IMG/VR virus record: IMGVR_UViG_3300027987_000212
Location: 64,001-128,000 of that record
Strand: one strand, 5' to 3'
Length of the DNA stretch: 64,000 nucleotides
Source of the DNA: a virus
The position numbers were made by a program, and so were the translations under genes. Positions 48,072 through 57,209 of the stretch are shown piece by piece. Every line of letters begins with the position of its first letter. Within the stretch, counting starts at the first letter, position 1. A model generated the notes under the pieces. The model had not been told where the DNA came from. It saw nothing but the letters and a program-made list of their open reading frames with translations, and ran no database searches.

Positions 48072-48532
48072 TCCGTCCTCGCAACAGTGCAAACGATGAA
48101 CGCCTTGTTGGCACCAAACCACAAGTCGCGTACATCTGAGAAGTACACGCGGTCTTGTCCCGTGGGAATCAGGTAGGTAGCGGGGTCCAATAACAGGTCC
48201 CGGATGGGCTCATCACGCCAAGGTAGCACGTATTCCCCGAGGGGCGTGCGGCAGAAGTAGACCTCGACGTACTGGCGGGCATCCCCCACATGCCAGTACA
48301 GTCGACCTTTCTCTTGGTGCCGTAGGTAATGCTGGACGATGTCCAAGTCCGTATCGCGCATCTCCACGACATCCCCACCTTCTACGGCTTCGCGCAATCG
48401 AGCGACGATAACCTCCGGGTCGGAGAGCGTTTCACTTGGGTTAGTGGCCGGCACTAAGCGCCACTTGCGCATTTGCTCGACCAAAGCCTCCGGAAGTAAC
48501 TGGGCGGCAAGCACTACGTCTGTTCTGGACAT
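48068..48532 (-). CDS. Hypothetical protein
   Basis: GGAGG SD, coupling. Confidence 0.6.
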   Translation of the reverse strand: MSRTDVVLAAQLLPEALVEQMRKWRLVPATNPSETLSDPEVIVARLREAVEGGDVVEMRDTDLDIVQHYLRHQEKGRLYWHVGDARQYVEVYFCRTPLGEYVLPWRDEPIRDLLLDPATYLIPTGQDRVYFSDVRDLWFGANKAFIVCTVARTE

Positions 48533-49104
48533 TACACACCTCCTTGCGTCTGCCTGAACTTAGGCAAGCACGCTTCCGTAGAAATCTTGAAGAACTGCGT
48601 GCATTCGACTAGCTCACCCCCACGCTTGGGTGCCGTACCCAATAGCAGCATCCCTGGAGAAATATCCGCGTCGAACAACAGAGGGTACCCCAGCAAACTT
48701 GTAGCCGAAGTACGTTCCGTGAACCAAGGCAGATTCAGCCAAGTTTCCAGCTCCTTCAAGTCGTGCAGCACCCATACGGCTGGATGGGAGCCTTCCCGAG
48801 TTACCTCTCCCAGCAGCCAAAGCAGCAACTCCGCGGGAGACAACGACTCGACATCCCGCACCTCCGTAATTGGGCTGTTCCGAATCAGGTCGTACGGAGC
48901 CAATCCCTGAAAGTTAACAACCACATCCTCGGGCTCCTCAGCTCCCTCTAGTACTAGACGCGTGTACTGAACAGCGCCTCTAGCATCGATAGTTACCTTC
49001 TGCAGACGCGGTAAGCGCAGCAATGTCTCTATCGTCCGCAGAAACCCCGCTACCCCTGTCTTAGGAGGTACCTGTACCGTCGATTCAACTAGGCGCTCCA
49101 TCAT
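48532..49104 (-). CDS. Hypothetical protein
   Basis: coupling. Confidence 0.6.
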   Translation of the reverse strand: MMERLVESTVQVPPKTGVAGFLRTIETLLRLPRLQKVTIDARGAVQYTRLVLEGAEEPEDVVVNFQGLAPYDLIRNSPITEVRDVESLSPAELLLWLLGEVTREGSHPAVWVLHDLKELETWLNLPWFTERTSATSLLGYPLLFDADISPGMLLLGTAPKRGGELVECTQFFKISTEACLPKFRQTQGGV

Positions 49105-49271
49105 GCTTGCTCCGCCTCAACCCGGGCTGCTTCCAGCTCGCGTTGCTTCAGCGATACCAAGTACGCCGTGACCAATGTAGTCACGTCTGTCTTCCTCTCA
49201 GCAGCGTACTCCTTCGCCCACTGCTTCAGGTCGGCATCAATGCGCAACGCGAGCCTCTCTACTTTAGCCAT
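49101..49271 (-). CDS. Ribbon-helix-helix DNA-binding protein (56 aa, not in ORF track)
   Basis: MAKVERLALRIDADLKQWAKEYAAERKTDVTTLVTAYL; fills gap, overlaps both neighbours. Confidence 0.75.
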   Translation of the reverse strand: MAKVERLALRIDADLKQWAKEYAAERKTDVTTLVTAYLVSLKQRELEAARVEAEQA

Positions 49272-49512
49272 CGACGTACTTCACCCCATCCAAGTAGTCC
49301 CGCAAACCAGCGAGCGGGAAACGAGTAGCCAAGTACTCGATGACCTCCTCATGCATGGCATCCAGCTCTTCGGAGGTACGCCCAACAAACCGCTCGCTCA
49401 GAGTCTTCTCCATGTCGCGCTTGAGTGTTGCGTTCAACCCTATCCAGGTGGGCAGCCACATGTAGTTCAAGGCGAGCACACCGTTGTCATCGAAGTGAAC
49501 AAAGCGCATCAC
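49264..49512 (-). CDS. Small hypothetical protein
   Basis: coupling. Confidence 0.6.
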   Translation of the reverse strand: MMRFVHFDDNGVLALNYMWLPTWIGLNATLKRDMEKTLSERFVGRTSEELDAMHEEVIEYLATRFPLAGLRDYLDGVKYVDG

Positions 49513-49874
49513 GAAAACCTGGTAGTACAGTCATCAGAAAGTTCTAGCAACACGTCGGTCTCTCGAATGAGCACCTCACCGTCCCGTAGGTGATGAAGCA
49601 GCAGCGCACCGTTCTTGGTCTGCACAGCTGCTGCTGGAAACAGCACACGTACACCGGGCGTCGCCTGTGTCGGGATGAAGCGCTTCTCGCGCGAGTACCA
49701 GCGACCCGGCCCAACTTGAGTAACGCGCCCCACGTAGAACCGCACTGATGCGTAGGTGTCTGGGATGACTATGCCACCCGCAGTTTTTTCGGGCACCTCC
49801 TCAAGCTCTACGAGGAGCCAATCATTCAGCAGTTTCTTCAGCTGAGGCACTGGTTTCTCCTGGCTCGAAGACAT
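49509..49874 (-). CDS. groES: GroES-like co-chaperonin
   Basis: L.DWLLVE....EKTAGGIVIPD, V..VGPG, LIRE.DVL. Confidence 0.85.
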   Translation of the reverse strand: MSSSQEKPVPQLKKLLNDWLLVELEEVPEKTAGGIVIPDTYASVRFYVGRVTQVGPGRWYSREKRFIPTQATPGVRVLFPAAAVQTKNGALLLHHLRDGEVLIRETDVLLELSDDCTTRFS

Positions 49875-50229
49875 CTACCGCATCCCTGGGCGGGGCCACC
49901 GGCACTCCGTCCAGCTGCCGCTGCTTGCCCTGCTGTGCCTCGAGTACGCTCGTGAACTCCTTCTGGAACCACTCCCGCGCTCCCGTGAGCTGCTTAGACC
50001 ACTCCTCATGGCTGGGCGGAAAGTACACCTTCCCTCCGATGACAAGCACCACTGTGTTGTGTAGCACGCCGCTATCATCCGTATGTTGCACCGCGTAGTA
50101 CTTCAGCGGGGCTACTTGTAGTACACGACGCGGCTGCCCCGTAGGCGCATTGTCGTCGAATCCCTCTCCTACTGGATTGTTGAGGCGTACTCCACCTGCG
50201 CGAGCTGAATTACTTGCAAAGTTCTGCAT
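49822..50229 (-). CDS. Hypothetical protein
   Basis: ORF track. Confidence 0.55.
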   Translation of the reverse strand: MQNFASNSARAGGVRLNNPVGEGFDDNAPTGQPRRVLQVAPLKYYAVQHTDDSGVLHNTVVLVIGGKVYFPPSHEEWSKQLTGAREWFQKEFTSVLEAQQGKQRQLDGVPVAPPRDAVDVFEPGETSASAEETAE

Positions 50230-50860
50230 TGTCTTTCTCCTGTTCGTACTGTTCGTACCTAGCTAACAACGTGTCCAGGGTTACCCAGCCCCCTAAGCCA
50301 TGCAGGTAAAACCTCGAGCTACCCGACTGCAGCAGTTGCTGCGTAGGAATCTTGCCCCAAGCTAGCCCAACCAAAGACTCCTCAACCAGCATTGGCACCT
50401 GCGCGGCGTCCAACCATCGCCCGGTATAGGGGTCTTCCACTAGCCCTGCCCGTACACGGACTAGTACATGCTCCCCCACCGCGCACGCAACCGTATCCAA
50501 TCCTGTACGGAGCTGCAGTGCAACCGTAGACGTAGCTTGAACGCGACTGTTAACCATGACCACGCGTGGCGCTGGAGACATCGCCCGAATGAACTCCGCT
50601 ACGTCCTTGCGTAGTAGCTGAAACAGCTCCTGCCCTAAAGGTCGGCGAAAATCTCCTTGGACGTACTGCATCAGACCGGATTGTCTGCTTACTGTGAAGG
50701 CTCGTTCAGCATCTGTCTCAATGACCCGCTGAGAGAAGTGGCGCATCATGGTCTCATACGGGACCCCAAACACCGGCTTACCTGCCTCCCCGTCGACTTC
50801 TATCGCGTAAGACCACAGTTCATGCGGAGCACTCGCGTAGTACAGCGTAACCTCAGCCAC
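50210..50860 (-). CDS. Hypothetical protein
   Basis: ORF track, operon packing. Confidence 0.6.
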   Translation of the reverse strand: MAEVTLYYASAPHELWSYAIEVDGEAGKPVFGVPYETMMRHFSQRVIETDAERAFTVSRQSGLMQYVQGDFRRPLGQELFQLLRKDVAEFIRAMSPAPRVVMVNSRVQATSTVALQLRTGLDTVACAVGEHVLVRVRAGLVEDPYTGRWLDAAQVPMLVEESLVGLAWGKIPTQQLLQSGSSRFYLHGLGGWVTLDTLLARYEQYEQEKDNAELCK

Positions 50861-51314
50861 GAGCCGTCACCTCCGCGTAGTACTCCCTAGGCATGGCCAA
50901 GCGGTAGACCACAGCACCCTCTGGGCAGCTGCCCAACCAAAGACGTCGTCCGTCATCGAACAACAAAGAGTGCAAGACGCACCTGTTGGCGCCAGGCACT
51001 TGTGTAGCGTCTACCTTGACCACACGTTGCTTCTCGAACAGCTGCATAACAGCAGTAACCCCGCAGTCACGCTCTTGCGGTAATCCCAGACCCATGAAGG
51101 CGCTGAAGGCTTCATTGGCGGACAAGTTCACCACGGTCATGGGCGCCGCCTTGTCCAGCACAGCTGCGTACACCATCTTTTCCCCGCAGTTCTCCGCAGG
51201 ACAAGGGTACCTATCCGGATAGAAGTCAGACGCGGTACCAACGAGGCACTGTGACTCCAGCTCTTCTCCAATGACTTGCAGGCACAGCCCGCAGGTGCAC
51301 ACGAAGTAAATCAT
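50853..51314 (-). CDS. Zn-binding protein
   Basis: VCTCG, CPAENCG. Confidence 0.6.
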   Translation of the reverse strand: MIYFVCTCGLCLQVIGEELESQCLVGTASDFYPDRYPCPAENCGEKMVYAAVLDKAAPMTVVNLSANEAFSAFMGLGLPQERDCGVTAVMQLFEKQRVVKVDATQVPGANRCVLHSLLFDDGRRLWLGSCPEGAVVYRLAMPREYYAEVTARG

Positions 51315-51880
51315 GCTTGCCCCACACCATCCTCATCTACCCCTGAGGCAGCCGCAGAGACCAACCGAGGCATGGTTGGCGGAGCCGGAGGGACCCGAGC
51401 TGGCCGCACCTCCACCGGCTCCATGTAGCGTGCTTCGCGGGGCGGGGGCGCCAGTTCTTGCTGCCATACAAACTCCTCGAGGGAGACATCTCCCCCAAAG
51501 GTGCGTTCCGAGGGTGCTTCTTGTTGCTGCAGCCGCGCCAACAACATGTCCCACTCCTCCGGAGAAAGTGCGGGCGCCACCCCTAATCCATGCAGGACAT
51601 CCTTCAACTCTTGTGGCACATCGGGGTCTTGTGCCCATTGGACCAACTCCACATCCCTTTGCGCAGCTAAAGGAGCGAAGATAGGCATGTCTTCACTGCC
51701 CCGAGGTACCAACTCCTCCGTAGGTAACGCGCTCTCGTGTACCACTTGCTGCACAACATCGTCCGAGGCAGACACCACTACTGTCTTACCTGATGGTAGG
51801 CGCAAGACTAGGGAGTTGTTCACGGTCCCGGCGCTCTCTAGCTGAAGCGTTTGAATCACACTGATGAGCTCTACATTCAT
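51311..51880 (-). CDS. Acidic hypothetical protein
   Basis: ATGA coupling both ends. Confidence 0.6.
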   Translation of the reverse strand: MNVELISVIQTLQLESAGTVNNSLVLRLPSGKTVVVSASDDVVQQVVHESALPTEELVPRGSEDMPIFAPLAAQRDVELVQWAQDPDVPQELKDVLHGLGVAPALSPEEWDMLLARLQQQEAPSERTFGGDVSLEEFVWQQELAPPPREARYMEPVEVRPARVPPAPPTMPRLVSAAASGVDEDGVGQA

Positions 51881-52089
51881 CTGACACCTACAGAGGGTAT
51901 GGGTGGTACCGAAGGCTTTACCTTGGTTTGGTCCGCTAATACGCGTGCGCTATCCGCGAGTCTCTTCAAGTTAACTAGTAGCATACACGCCGCATCGTCA
52001 CCTGCAGAACTCGCCGTCGGCAGGAATGCGACGCAGTCCTCCGTGCAAGGCCTATCCATGTGCAGGAAGCAGCGCTTAGTTCCGGGCAC
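51877..52089 (-). CDS. Small Cys-containing protein
   Basis: RCF...RPCTEDCVA...C. Confidence 0.55.
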   Translation of the reverse strand: MPGTKRCFLHMDRPCTEDCVAFLPTASSAGDDAACMLLVNLKRLADSARVLADQTKVKPSVPPIPSVGVR

Positions 52090-52474
52090 GCACCTGCTCC
52101 TCTTCTAGCGCTCGACGCTCTTCCACCAATGCCCGAAATACCCCACGCTCCATCGCAGCGAAGTACCTGGCCAACACTTTGGGATTCGGGGGTAGTTGCA
52201 TGAATCCCCACTTCACCAAGAATGCCGCCATTGGTGTAGCAGCCGTTCGCGCCAAAATGCCGCGCAGCTCACGCACTGCAGAGAACAGCACCGACTCGTT
52301 GTCGAAAAACTCGTGCGCAAACGGCGTAGCCATCAACTGTCTACGCTGCCCTCGCCACGAACACGAAGTGCACGCACAAATTGCCGTGTCCAGCGACATC
52401 GTCAACTCGTTCTCCCACGACAACGAGGGACTGCCACACTGCGGACAGAAGTAAGCTACAGCGTCCGTCGTCAT
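52076..52474 (-). CDS. Zn-ribbon protein
   Basis: YFCPQCGS...CACTSCSW. Confidence 0.65.
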   Translation of the reverse strand: MTTDAVAYFCPQCGSPSLSWENELTMSLDTAICACTSCSWRGQRRQLMATPFAHEFFDNESVLFSAVRELRGILARTAATPMAAFLVKWGFMQLPPNPKVLARYFAAMERGVFRALVEERRALEEEQVRARN

Positions 52475-52845
52475 TGGCGCTGTCCTCGCGCGTTGTACCG
52501 AGTCGCCTGAACACGACTGGTCAACCTCGATGGCAGCAATGCGCGGACACCGACAGGACCCCTGCGTACCTCCTCCTCGAGCATCCTGTACGCACTGGCA
52601 AACTCAGCCTTTCGCGAACTCTCCAGGTAGGGGAAAGCCAACTTCATGTAGTCCTCAAAGGCCTTCATGCCACCCTCCTCGTCTAACTGCAGCTGCGCTG
52701 CGGCGCGAAAACGAGCGTGTTCGATAATCTCCTCCTGCATGAGCGCAAGTAGCAGCACTGACTCCCGAAGAGACCCTTCTGGGGGTGGCGCTCGAAGGGT
52801 GCGCAGCATCAGCTTGGCGCGCGCCCAACCAACGGGAGTCTTCAA
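52471..52845 (-). CDS. Tail assembly chaperone, frameshift (T-like) portion
   Basis: TTG start without SD, lies in the -1 frame of 52842..54062 just after GGGAAAT. Confidence 0.65.
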   Translation of the reverse strand: MKTPVGWARAKLMLRTLRAPPPEGSLRESVLLLALMQEEIIEHARFRAAAQLQLDEEGGMKAFEDYMKLAFPYLESSRKAEFASAYRMLEEEVRRGPVGVRALLPSRLTSRVQATRYNARGQRQ

Positions 52846-54062
52846 CCATTTCCCAGGTCATCGGCCTTGAACAGCTCCCGTACCCGAAGCTCGAACCAGT
52901 GACAATTGAGTCCGATACTTGCCAGCATGTGGACCGGTAGCCGGCCAATCTGCGCCGCTTTTGCGAGGAACAGGCTGTCATTGAAAGCGCCATCCTTATC
53001 GAGGAAACCTGGGTAACGCTTATCGTTCACCTGATGCAGGCAAGTTACTAGGGTGTAGAATGCCAGTCGGTCTAGTACGTACCTCTCCGTTGCGTTCAAC
53101 GAAAAAGCTTCCTCCATCGCTAGCCGTTTGATGGATTGCTCAGACACCCCATCATAGGAACGCAAAACAAGCGTAAACCCTTTACGAATAGGCACCACCT
53201 GTTCGATGTACCCACGCTCTAGCATGGCATCGATGGTAAGCGGCTTCAGTCGTCCCTCGATGAGCTTTCGTTGCTCTGGCGTATTCAGGATGTCCGCCTC
53301 CGACGCTCTTCGCCATCGGTCCAGCTGGAAGCCATCTATGTGCATCAGGTTGTCGACCATGTTTTGGTCGACACCTTCGCTCCCGGTCCCCCCTTCTGCG
53401 GGTCTCCCACTCGGGGTTTCCGGTTCTTCAGCATCCGCAGCCCGTACCTTCTGAGAGGCAGACATAGCCGCAAGCCCTTGCAGAGTATCCGGACGTAGCT
53501 GCGTAGTCCGGACTGACTGCAGCTGCTGTGGCGGAACTACCCGCCCGTCGCGTAACACTCCGTACTTCGCGGCCAAGTGGGGCTGTGCCGCCGCAAACTG
53601 CGCCCCACTGCCGCGCTGCGCCGTCGGGTCCCTCAGCGCTTCGGGGGGCAGCAAATCGGTCGGGCGCAGGTCGAGCTGTGGTGGACCCCCCGCCGAAACT
53701 GCCTGGCCTAGTGCTACCGAGCTGGGCTCAACAATGCTGCCCGCACCCTGCCCTCCTACCGGGACCACAACGCCTGGGGGCGGCTGTCGTTGCGCAGCAG
53801 CATGCTGCTCCAAGGTCATCGGCGGTGCTTGGTCATCGAACGCGCTGTCCAACCTAGGAATGCTCGGGCCAGGTCCCCCTGCCACGGGTAGGGTTGCTTT
53901 CCGCGGGCTGGCCGCCTCTCGTCTAGCACGTTGACCATCCAAGTAGGTTTGCGCGGCCGCACGCGCCGCTGGCGGTACTGCTGATGTAACGTGTGGGGCA
54001 ACCGTGGGCGGGTCCGTGTAGTGCACGGGGCGCTCATTCGGCGTAGGGGGTCTTTGTGCCAT
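52842..54062 (-). CDS. Tail assembly chaperone (G-like) with long disordered N-terminus
   Basis: C-terminal helical domain ending at slippery site; downstream of tube region; GAGGAG SD. Confidence 0.6.
   Translation of the reverse strand: MAQRPPTPNERPVHYTDPPTVAPHVTSAVPPAARAAAQTYLDGQRARREAASPRKATLPVAGGPGPSIPRLDSAFDDQAPPMTLEQHAAAQRQPPPGVVVPVGGQGAGSIVEPSSVALGQAVSAGGPPQLDLRPTDLLPPEALRDPTAQRGSGAQFAAAQPHLAAKYGVLRDGRVVPPQQLQSVRTTQLRPDTLQGLAAMSASQKVRAADAEEPETPSGRPAEGGTGSEGVDQNMVDNLMHIDGFQLDRWRRASEADILNTPEQRKLIEGRLKPLTIDAMLERGYIEQVVPIRKGFTLVLRSYDGVSEQSIKRLAMEEAFSLNATERYVLDRLAFYTLVTCLHQVNDKRYPGFLDKDGAFNDSLFLAKAAQIGRLPVHMLASIGLNCHWFELRVRELFKADDLGNG
52848..52854 (-). other. Programmed -1 ribosomal frameshift slippery heptamer G GGA AAT
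   Basis: X XXY YYZ in the correct frame (CTG GGA AAT GGT TGA); -1 frame reads GGG AAA TGG TTG AAG into next ORF. Confidence 0.75.
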
Positions 54063-54100
54063 CTAGCTCCTCTGGGTGTACGTTGTGCGTACAAATAGCT

Positions 54101-54130
54101 AAAAGGCCGGCAGCGGTCAAGCTACCGGCC
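54101..54130 (-). terminator. Rho-independent terminator
   Basis: GGCCGGTAGC-TTGACC-GCTGCCGGCC-TTTT on minus strand. Confidence 0.7.
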
Positions 54131-54153
54131 CGTCTGGGCAGAAGAGAGGGCGC

Positions 54154-54585
54154 TCAGCCGACGGCAGCCGACGCCCGGTGCAGCACCAGGAAGAGCTCCG
54201 AGAGGGGCAAGTCATCGACATTTTCGTGCACAATCCCCAGCACGACCTCGTCGTAGCCAGGCTGCGGATGGTACACAGGTCGTTCCTTGCCATACACGAA
54301 GACAAGGGCTCCCAGCAAGGATTGAGGGGATGCCCCCTCCAGACGCAAACGCGCGCCCAGATGCGTCCAATTCAGGCAACGATATCGCCGCTCTGTCCAG
54401 GTGACCCCGCCATCCTGCAAGTCACGCGACCCCGTGAGCCCGCGCAGCCACGCAGTGTTCCCCCCGGGTACATGCACTTCTACGACTACGCCTTCGGTAT
54501 CAGCCAAAAGCCTTTCGGAGGTGCCGGAAGCGGCGCTCCTGGCACCTTGGTTGCCTGCAGTGTCTTTGTCTTGCATCGGCCGCAC
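54154..54585 (-). CDS. Hypothetical protein (true start probably near 54477)
   Basis: ORF track; followed by terminator. Confidence 0.45.
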   Translation of the reverse strand: MRPMQDKDTAGNQGARSAASGTSERLLADTEGVVVEVHVPGGNTAWLRGLTGSRDLQDGGVTWTERRYRCLNWTHLGARLRLEGASPQSLLGALVFVYGKERPVYHPQPGYDEVVLGIVHENVDDLPLSELFLVLHRASAAVG

Positions 54586-54719
54586 TTGTTGTACTCCGGG
54601 TTGTCCGACTCAAAAAGTAGGTCGCCTACTCGGATTCCGCAGCTGGTGACGAGCTTGAGCTTTCGCACCCAACCGCAGGTACTGCAGGTAAACTCGTAGT
54701 TGAGGAGCGGCGTGTCCAT
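54486..54719 (-). CDS. Zn-ribbon protein
   Basis: YEFTCSTCG...KCGRC. Confidence 0.7.
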   Translation of the reverse strand: MDTPLLNYEFTCSTCGWVRKLKLVTSCGIRVGDLLFESDNPEYNKCGRCKTKTLQATKVPGAPLPAPPKGFWLIPKA

Positions 54720-55003
54720 TGTGGACTAGTCTGCGCGAGGCGCACTACTTCCGTCAAGACGTCGTCTACGGCAGGCTCTGCTGGCTGCTCAGTTCGAAAT
54801 TGTAGTTGTCCCGTAAGAAGCCCATGCCGAATCACGTCGGTGAGCACCACACGAAGGTTATCCAAGTCGGCAATTGCTCGCTGCATGAACCGCTCAGCAA
54901 CCGCATAGCAAGTCTCGCAGCAAAAGACCTGCGCAAACAACTTAACCTTGTCCGGTGGTACCGGTGTGCGGCAACACATGCAGTTCAACCCAGTCTCTGC
55001 CAC
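54626..55003 (-). CDS. Zn-finger protein
   Basis: CMCC...FCCETC; GGAGG SD before GTG 55003. Confidence 0.6.
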   Translation of the reverse strand: MAETGLNCMCCRTPVPPDKVKLFAQVFCCETCYAVAERFMQRAIADLDNLRVVLTDVIRHGLLTGQLQFRTEQPAEPAVDDVLTEVVRLAQTSPQWTRRSSTTSLPAVPAVGCESSSSSPAAESE

Positions 55004-55218
55004 AGTACCTCCTCCGTGTCCTTCACCCACACACGTTCGATGATGTTAAAGAGCACACTGACGAACGAGAAGCTAACGTTAACCAGCGACAAGTTCGGTT
55101 GATGTAGTGGGATTTGCCCACTTGGCGGTATCGTAGACAGCGCTTCCGCCCCCACGCTGGGAAACTCGTAGTAGTCTCCCAACGTGGTGCGGATGCATAC
55201 AGTCTTCAGCTCAGACAC
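54985..55218 (-). CDS. Small hypothetical protein
   Basis: ORF track. Confidence 0.55.
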   Translation of the reverse strand: MSELKTVCIRTTLGDYYEFPSVGAEALSTIPPSGQIPLHQPNLSLVNVSFSFVSVLFNIIERVWVKDTEEVLWQRLG

Positions 55219-55789
55219 CGGTACTCACTGCCCGCAACCGCGAGCTAAGCGGCGAACGTACTGAGGCTACCTGAGTAGCCGTCACCGGCACGTCCTCTGC
55301 CGGCGCCAGCTGACTACGGATACGCTCTATGAGCCCGCCGCTCTGCATCTGAGCCACGGAGGTAGCGATTCTCCCATTCAGTTCTGCTTGCTCCCCGCGC
55401 ACCTCTACAGCCAGGAACGTGTCGAGTACCGCATCCCCCAAACGTGCGCAAGAAGCGCATGCTTCGAGGGTACCCAGACTAGTAGCCGTCGGCACACTCC
55501 GTCGATAAAGCGGGGGCAGCGAGAGTAATGCCTGAACTCCGCGAATGCGGCCAGTACGCTCCAACGACAGTGTCGGTAGCGGCTCTACCGCTGGCCGTAG
55601 CTCGCATACTACGCAAGTTCGTGGCTCATCACCAGCCTTGCTCTGCGCAGCCTCCGCAAGCTTCTCCTCCACTTCCGAGGTCTTCGTAGGCCCACCGAAT
55701 ACCGCCCGTACAATCGTAAGGAGTACGATTGAGCAGACTAGAGCCAGTACGGCATACACCACGGCGTCGGTCATCTGAATGTTGTCCAT
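55211..55789 (-). CDS. Membrane-anchored protein with Zn-finger
   Basis: N-terminal TM; TCVVC, ACASC; GGAG SD. Confidence 0.65.
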   Translation of the reverse strand: MDNIQMTDAVVYAVLALVCSIVLLTIVRAVFGGPTKTSEVEEKLAEAAQSKAGDEPRTCVVCELRPAVEPLPTLSLERTGRIRGVQALLSLPPLYRRSVPTATSLGTLEACASCARLGDAVLDTFLAVEVRGEQAELNGRIATSVAQMQSGGLIERIRSQLAPAEDVPVTATQVASVRSPLSSRLRAVSTGV

Positions 55790-55797
55790 AGTCTCTC

Positions 55798-56178
55798 CTA
55801 GGTAACGAAGAACTGGTCAATCGGAGTCCAGCCTAGTACGCCCGCAGGGTCTCTAGTGCAAAGTACCTCCGTGGGTGACGTAGCGTATGCCGCAAGAACC
55901 TTGTCGACATCAGCGCGCGCAACTGGGCGAGTAACCAGCTCAATAGACCTCCGCAATTCTGGAGGCCACTTTGTTGGGAAGAACGTTCCTGCAGGCAATG
56001 GTTGACTCAACTCTTGCCACTGCACGAGTACGAACGACCTCGTAACGTTGTTCTGCTTTTCGATGAGACGTAGCCACTCCTCGAGGGCCCGTACCCGCTC
56101 TTCTCCTTTCTGCGTGGCACCTTCGCGAGCAAAGACTACCAGCGCTTCGTACTGTTCTTGCGTGAGTGTGAATTGCAT
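55798..56178 (-). CDS. Hypothetical protein
   Basis: GAGG SD. Confidence 0.65.
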   Translation of the reverse strand: MQFTLTQEQYEALVVFAREGATQKGEERVRALEEWLRLIEKQNNVTRSFVLVQWQELSQPLPAGTFFPTKWPPELRRSIELVTRPVARADVDKVLAAYATSPTEVLCTRDPAGVLGWTPIDQFFVT

Positions 56179-56181
56179 TGG

Positions 56182-56922
56182 CTACCTCTGAGGAAACAGG
56201 GCCTCCATCATACTACCCGTTCGCTGCTCTAGTGTCGCCAAGTCGGAATCATTCACCAACACGTGGGACAGCATACTGTCGGGTACTTCCAACTGCTCGG
56301 TTTCACTGACGTGCGTAGTCGTGGGTGGGTCGACCCGCGGGTTGCGTACTCGAATGACCTTGCCGCCAACGCGGTAGATGGCTTCCACCTCATTGATGAA
56401 GCGACAGTCGGGTATCACCACTAGAGAATGCTCAGTCCAGTCGTGGGGTTCGTCCAACTTTACTAGACCTGCAGCTTGAACGTAGCCCAGCCACCTTCCC
56501 GCGCTCAATTGCTGAATGACGTCCAGTACCTCGTCCACCCAAATGTCTGGGTAGTGCATCCGACCCCACTCCGTACCCAGCGTACGCAGGGCGTCGCGCG
56601 GCGTAACGAAAGCCTCGGTAAGCAGCGGCTCATACTGCTTGACGAGGACATTGTCCCGAATGGCTGCCTCTAGCGTTAGGCCATACTTTGCCCCAAACAT
56701 CGCGGTAAGCTGGCTGCGCAACTCAGCGTTTCGGCAGTAGCGAAGGTCAGGCCGGTTTCTTTCCGGACTGGGACCCCACAGCTGGTCAAGGCTGAAGCCA
56801 AAAACATCCAGGCAGATGCGTTTTATCTTGTCGGCCAAAGCGACGGTCACTGCCGGCTTGGCGAACACAGCTGTCGTGTCTTTGCCGACACCCGCATTGC
56901 CCATTATTCCTAAAATGTTCAT
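56182..56922 (-). CDS. Deoxynucleoside monophosphate kinase
   Basis: GNAGVGKDT P-loop; ALAD.IK; PRDALRTLGTEWGR; VIPDCRFINE; HVSET. Confidence 0.88.
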   Translation of the reverse strand: MNILGIMGNAGVGKDTTAVFAKPAVTVALADKIKRICLDVFGFSLDQLWGPSPERNRPDLRYCRNAELRSQLTAMFGAKYGLTLEAAIRDNVLVKQYEPLLTEAFVTPRDALRTLGTEWGRMHYPDIWVDEVLDVIQQLSAGRWLGYVQAAGLVKLDEPHDWTEHSLVVIPDCRFINEVEAIYRVGGKVIRVRNPRVDPPTTTHVSETEQLEVPDSMLSHVLVNDSDLATLEQRTGSMMEALFPQR

Positions 56923-57209
56923 CAGATACCTCTAGCTTCTAGAATACTTGCCGTAAGTTTACGGCGAAACTGGCAGGGGGGTACCCGCACACGCGTAGCC
57001 TGGGTACCGGTGTAGACAAAGAGGTCGCGAAAAGAGTACGCGTGCGTAAAGGCGCCAACTTCAGGCCTGCTCCATGCAGCCGTGGCTACTATCTGCGCCC
57101 CCTCTACGCGCAAGGTCAATGAGTCCAGACCAGCTTGGCGCACGACAGTTGGAACATGGCGCTGCACCGCTTGAAGATACGCTTGCAAATGCCTGTCTAC
57201 GAGTCCCAT
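56922..57209 (-). CDS. Hypothetical protein
   Basis: GGAGG SD, TGATG coupling. Confidence 0.6.
   Translation of the reverse strand: MGLVDRHLQAYLQAVQRHVPTVVRQAGLDSLTLRVEGAQIVATAAWSRPEVGAFTHAYSFRDLFVYTGTQATRVRVPPCQFRRKLTASILEARGI

Noticed and set aside
49509-49874. EKTA in GroES as a K-x-A cleavage site
   Set aside because: It is the conserved GroES mobile loop (EKTxGGI); it also shows that K-x-A occurs by chance, so the motif needs statistical testing
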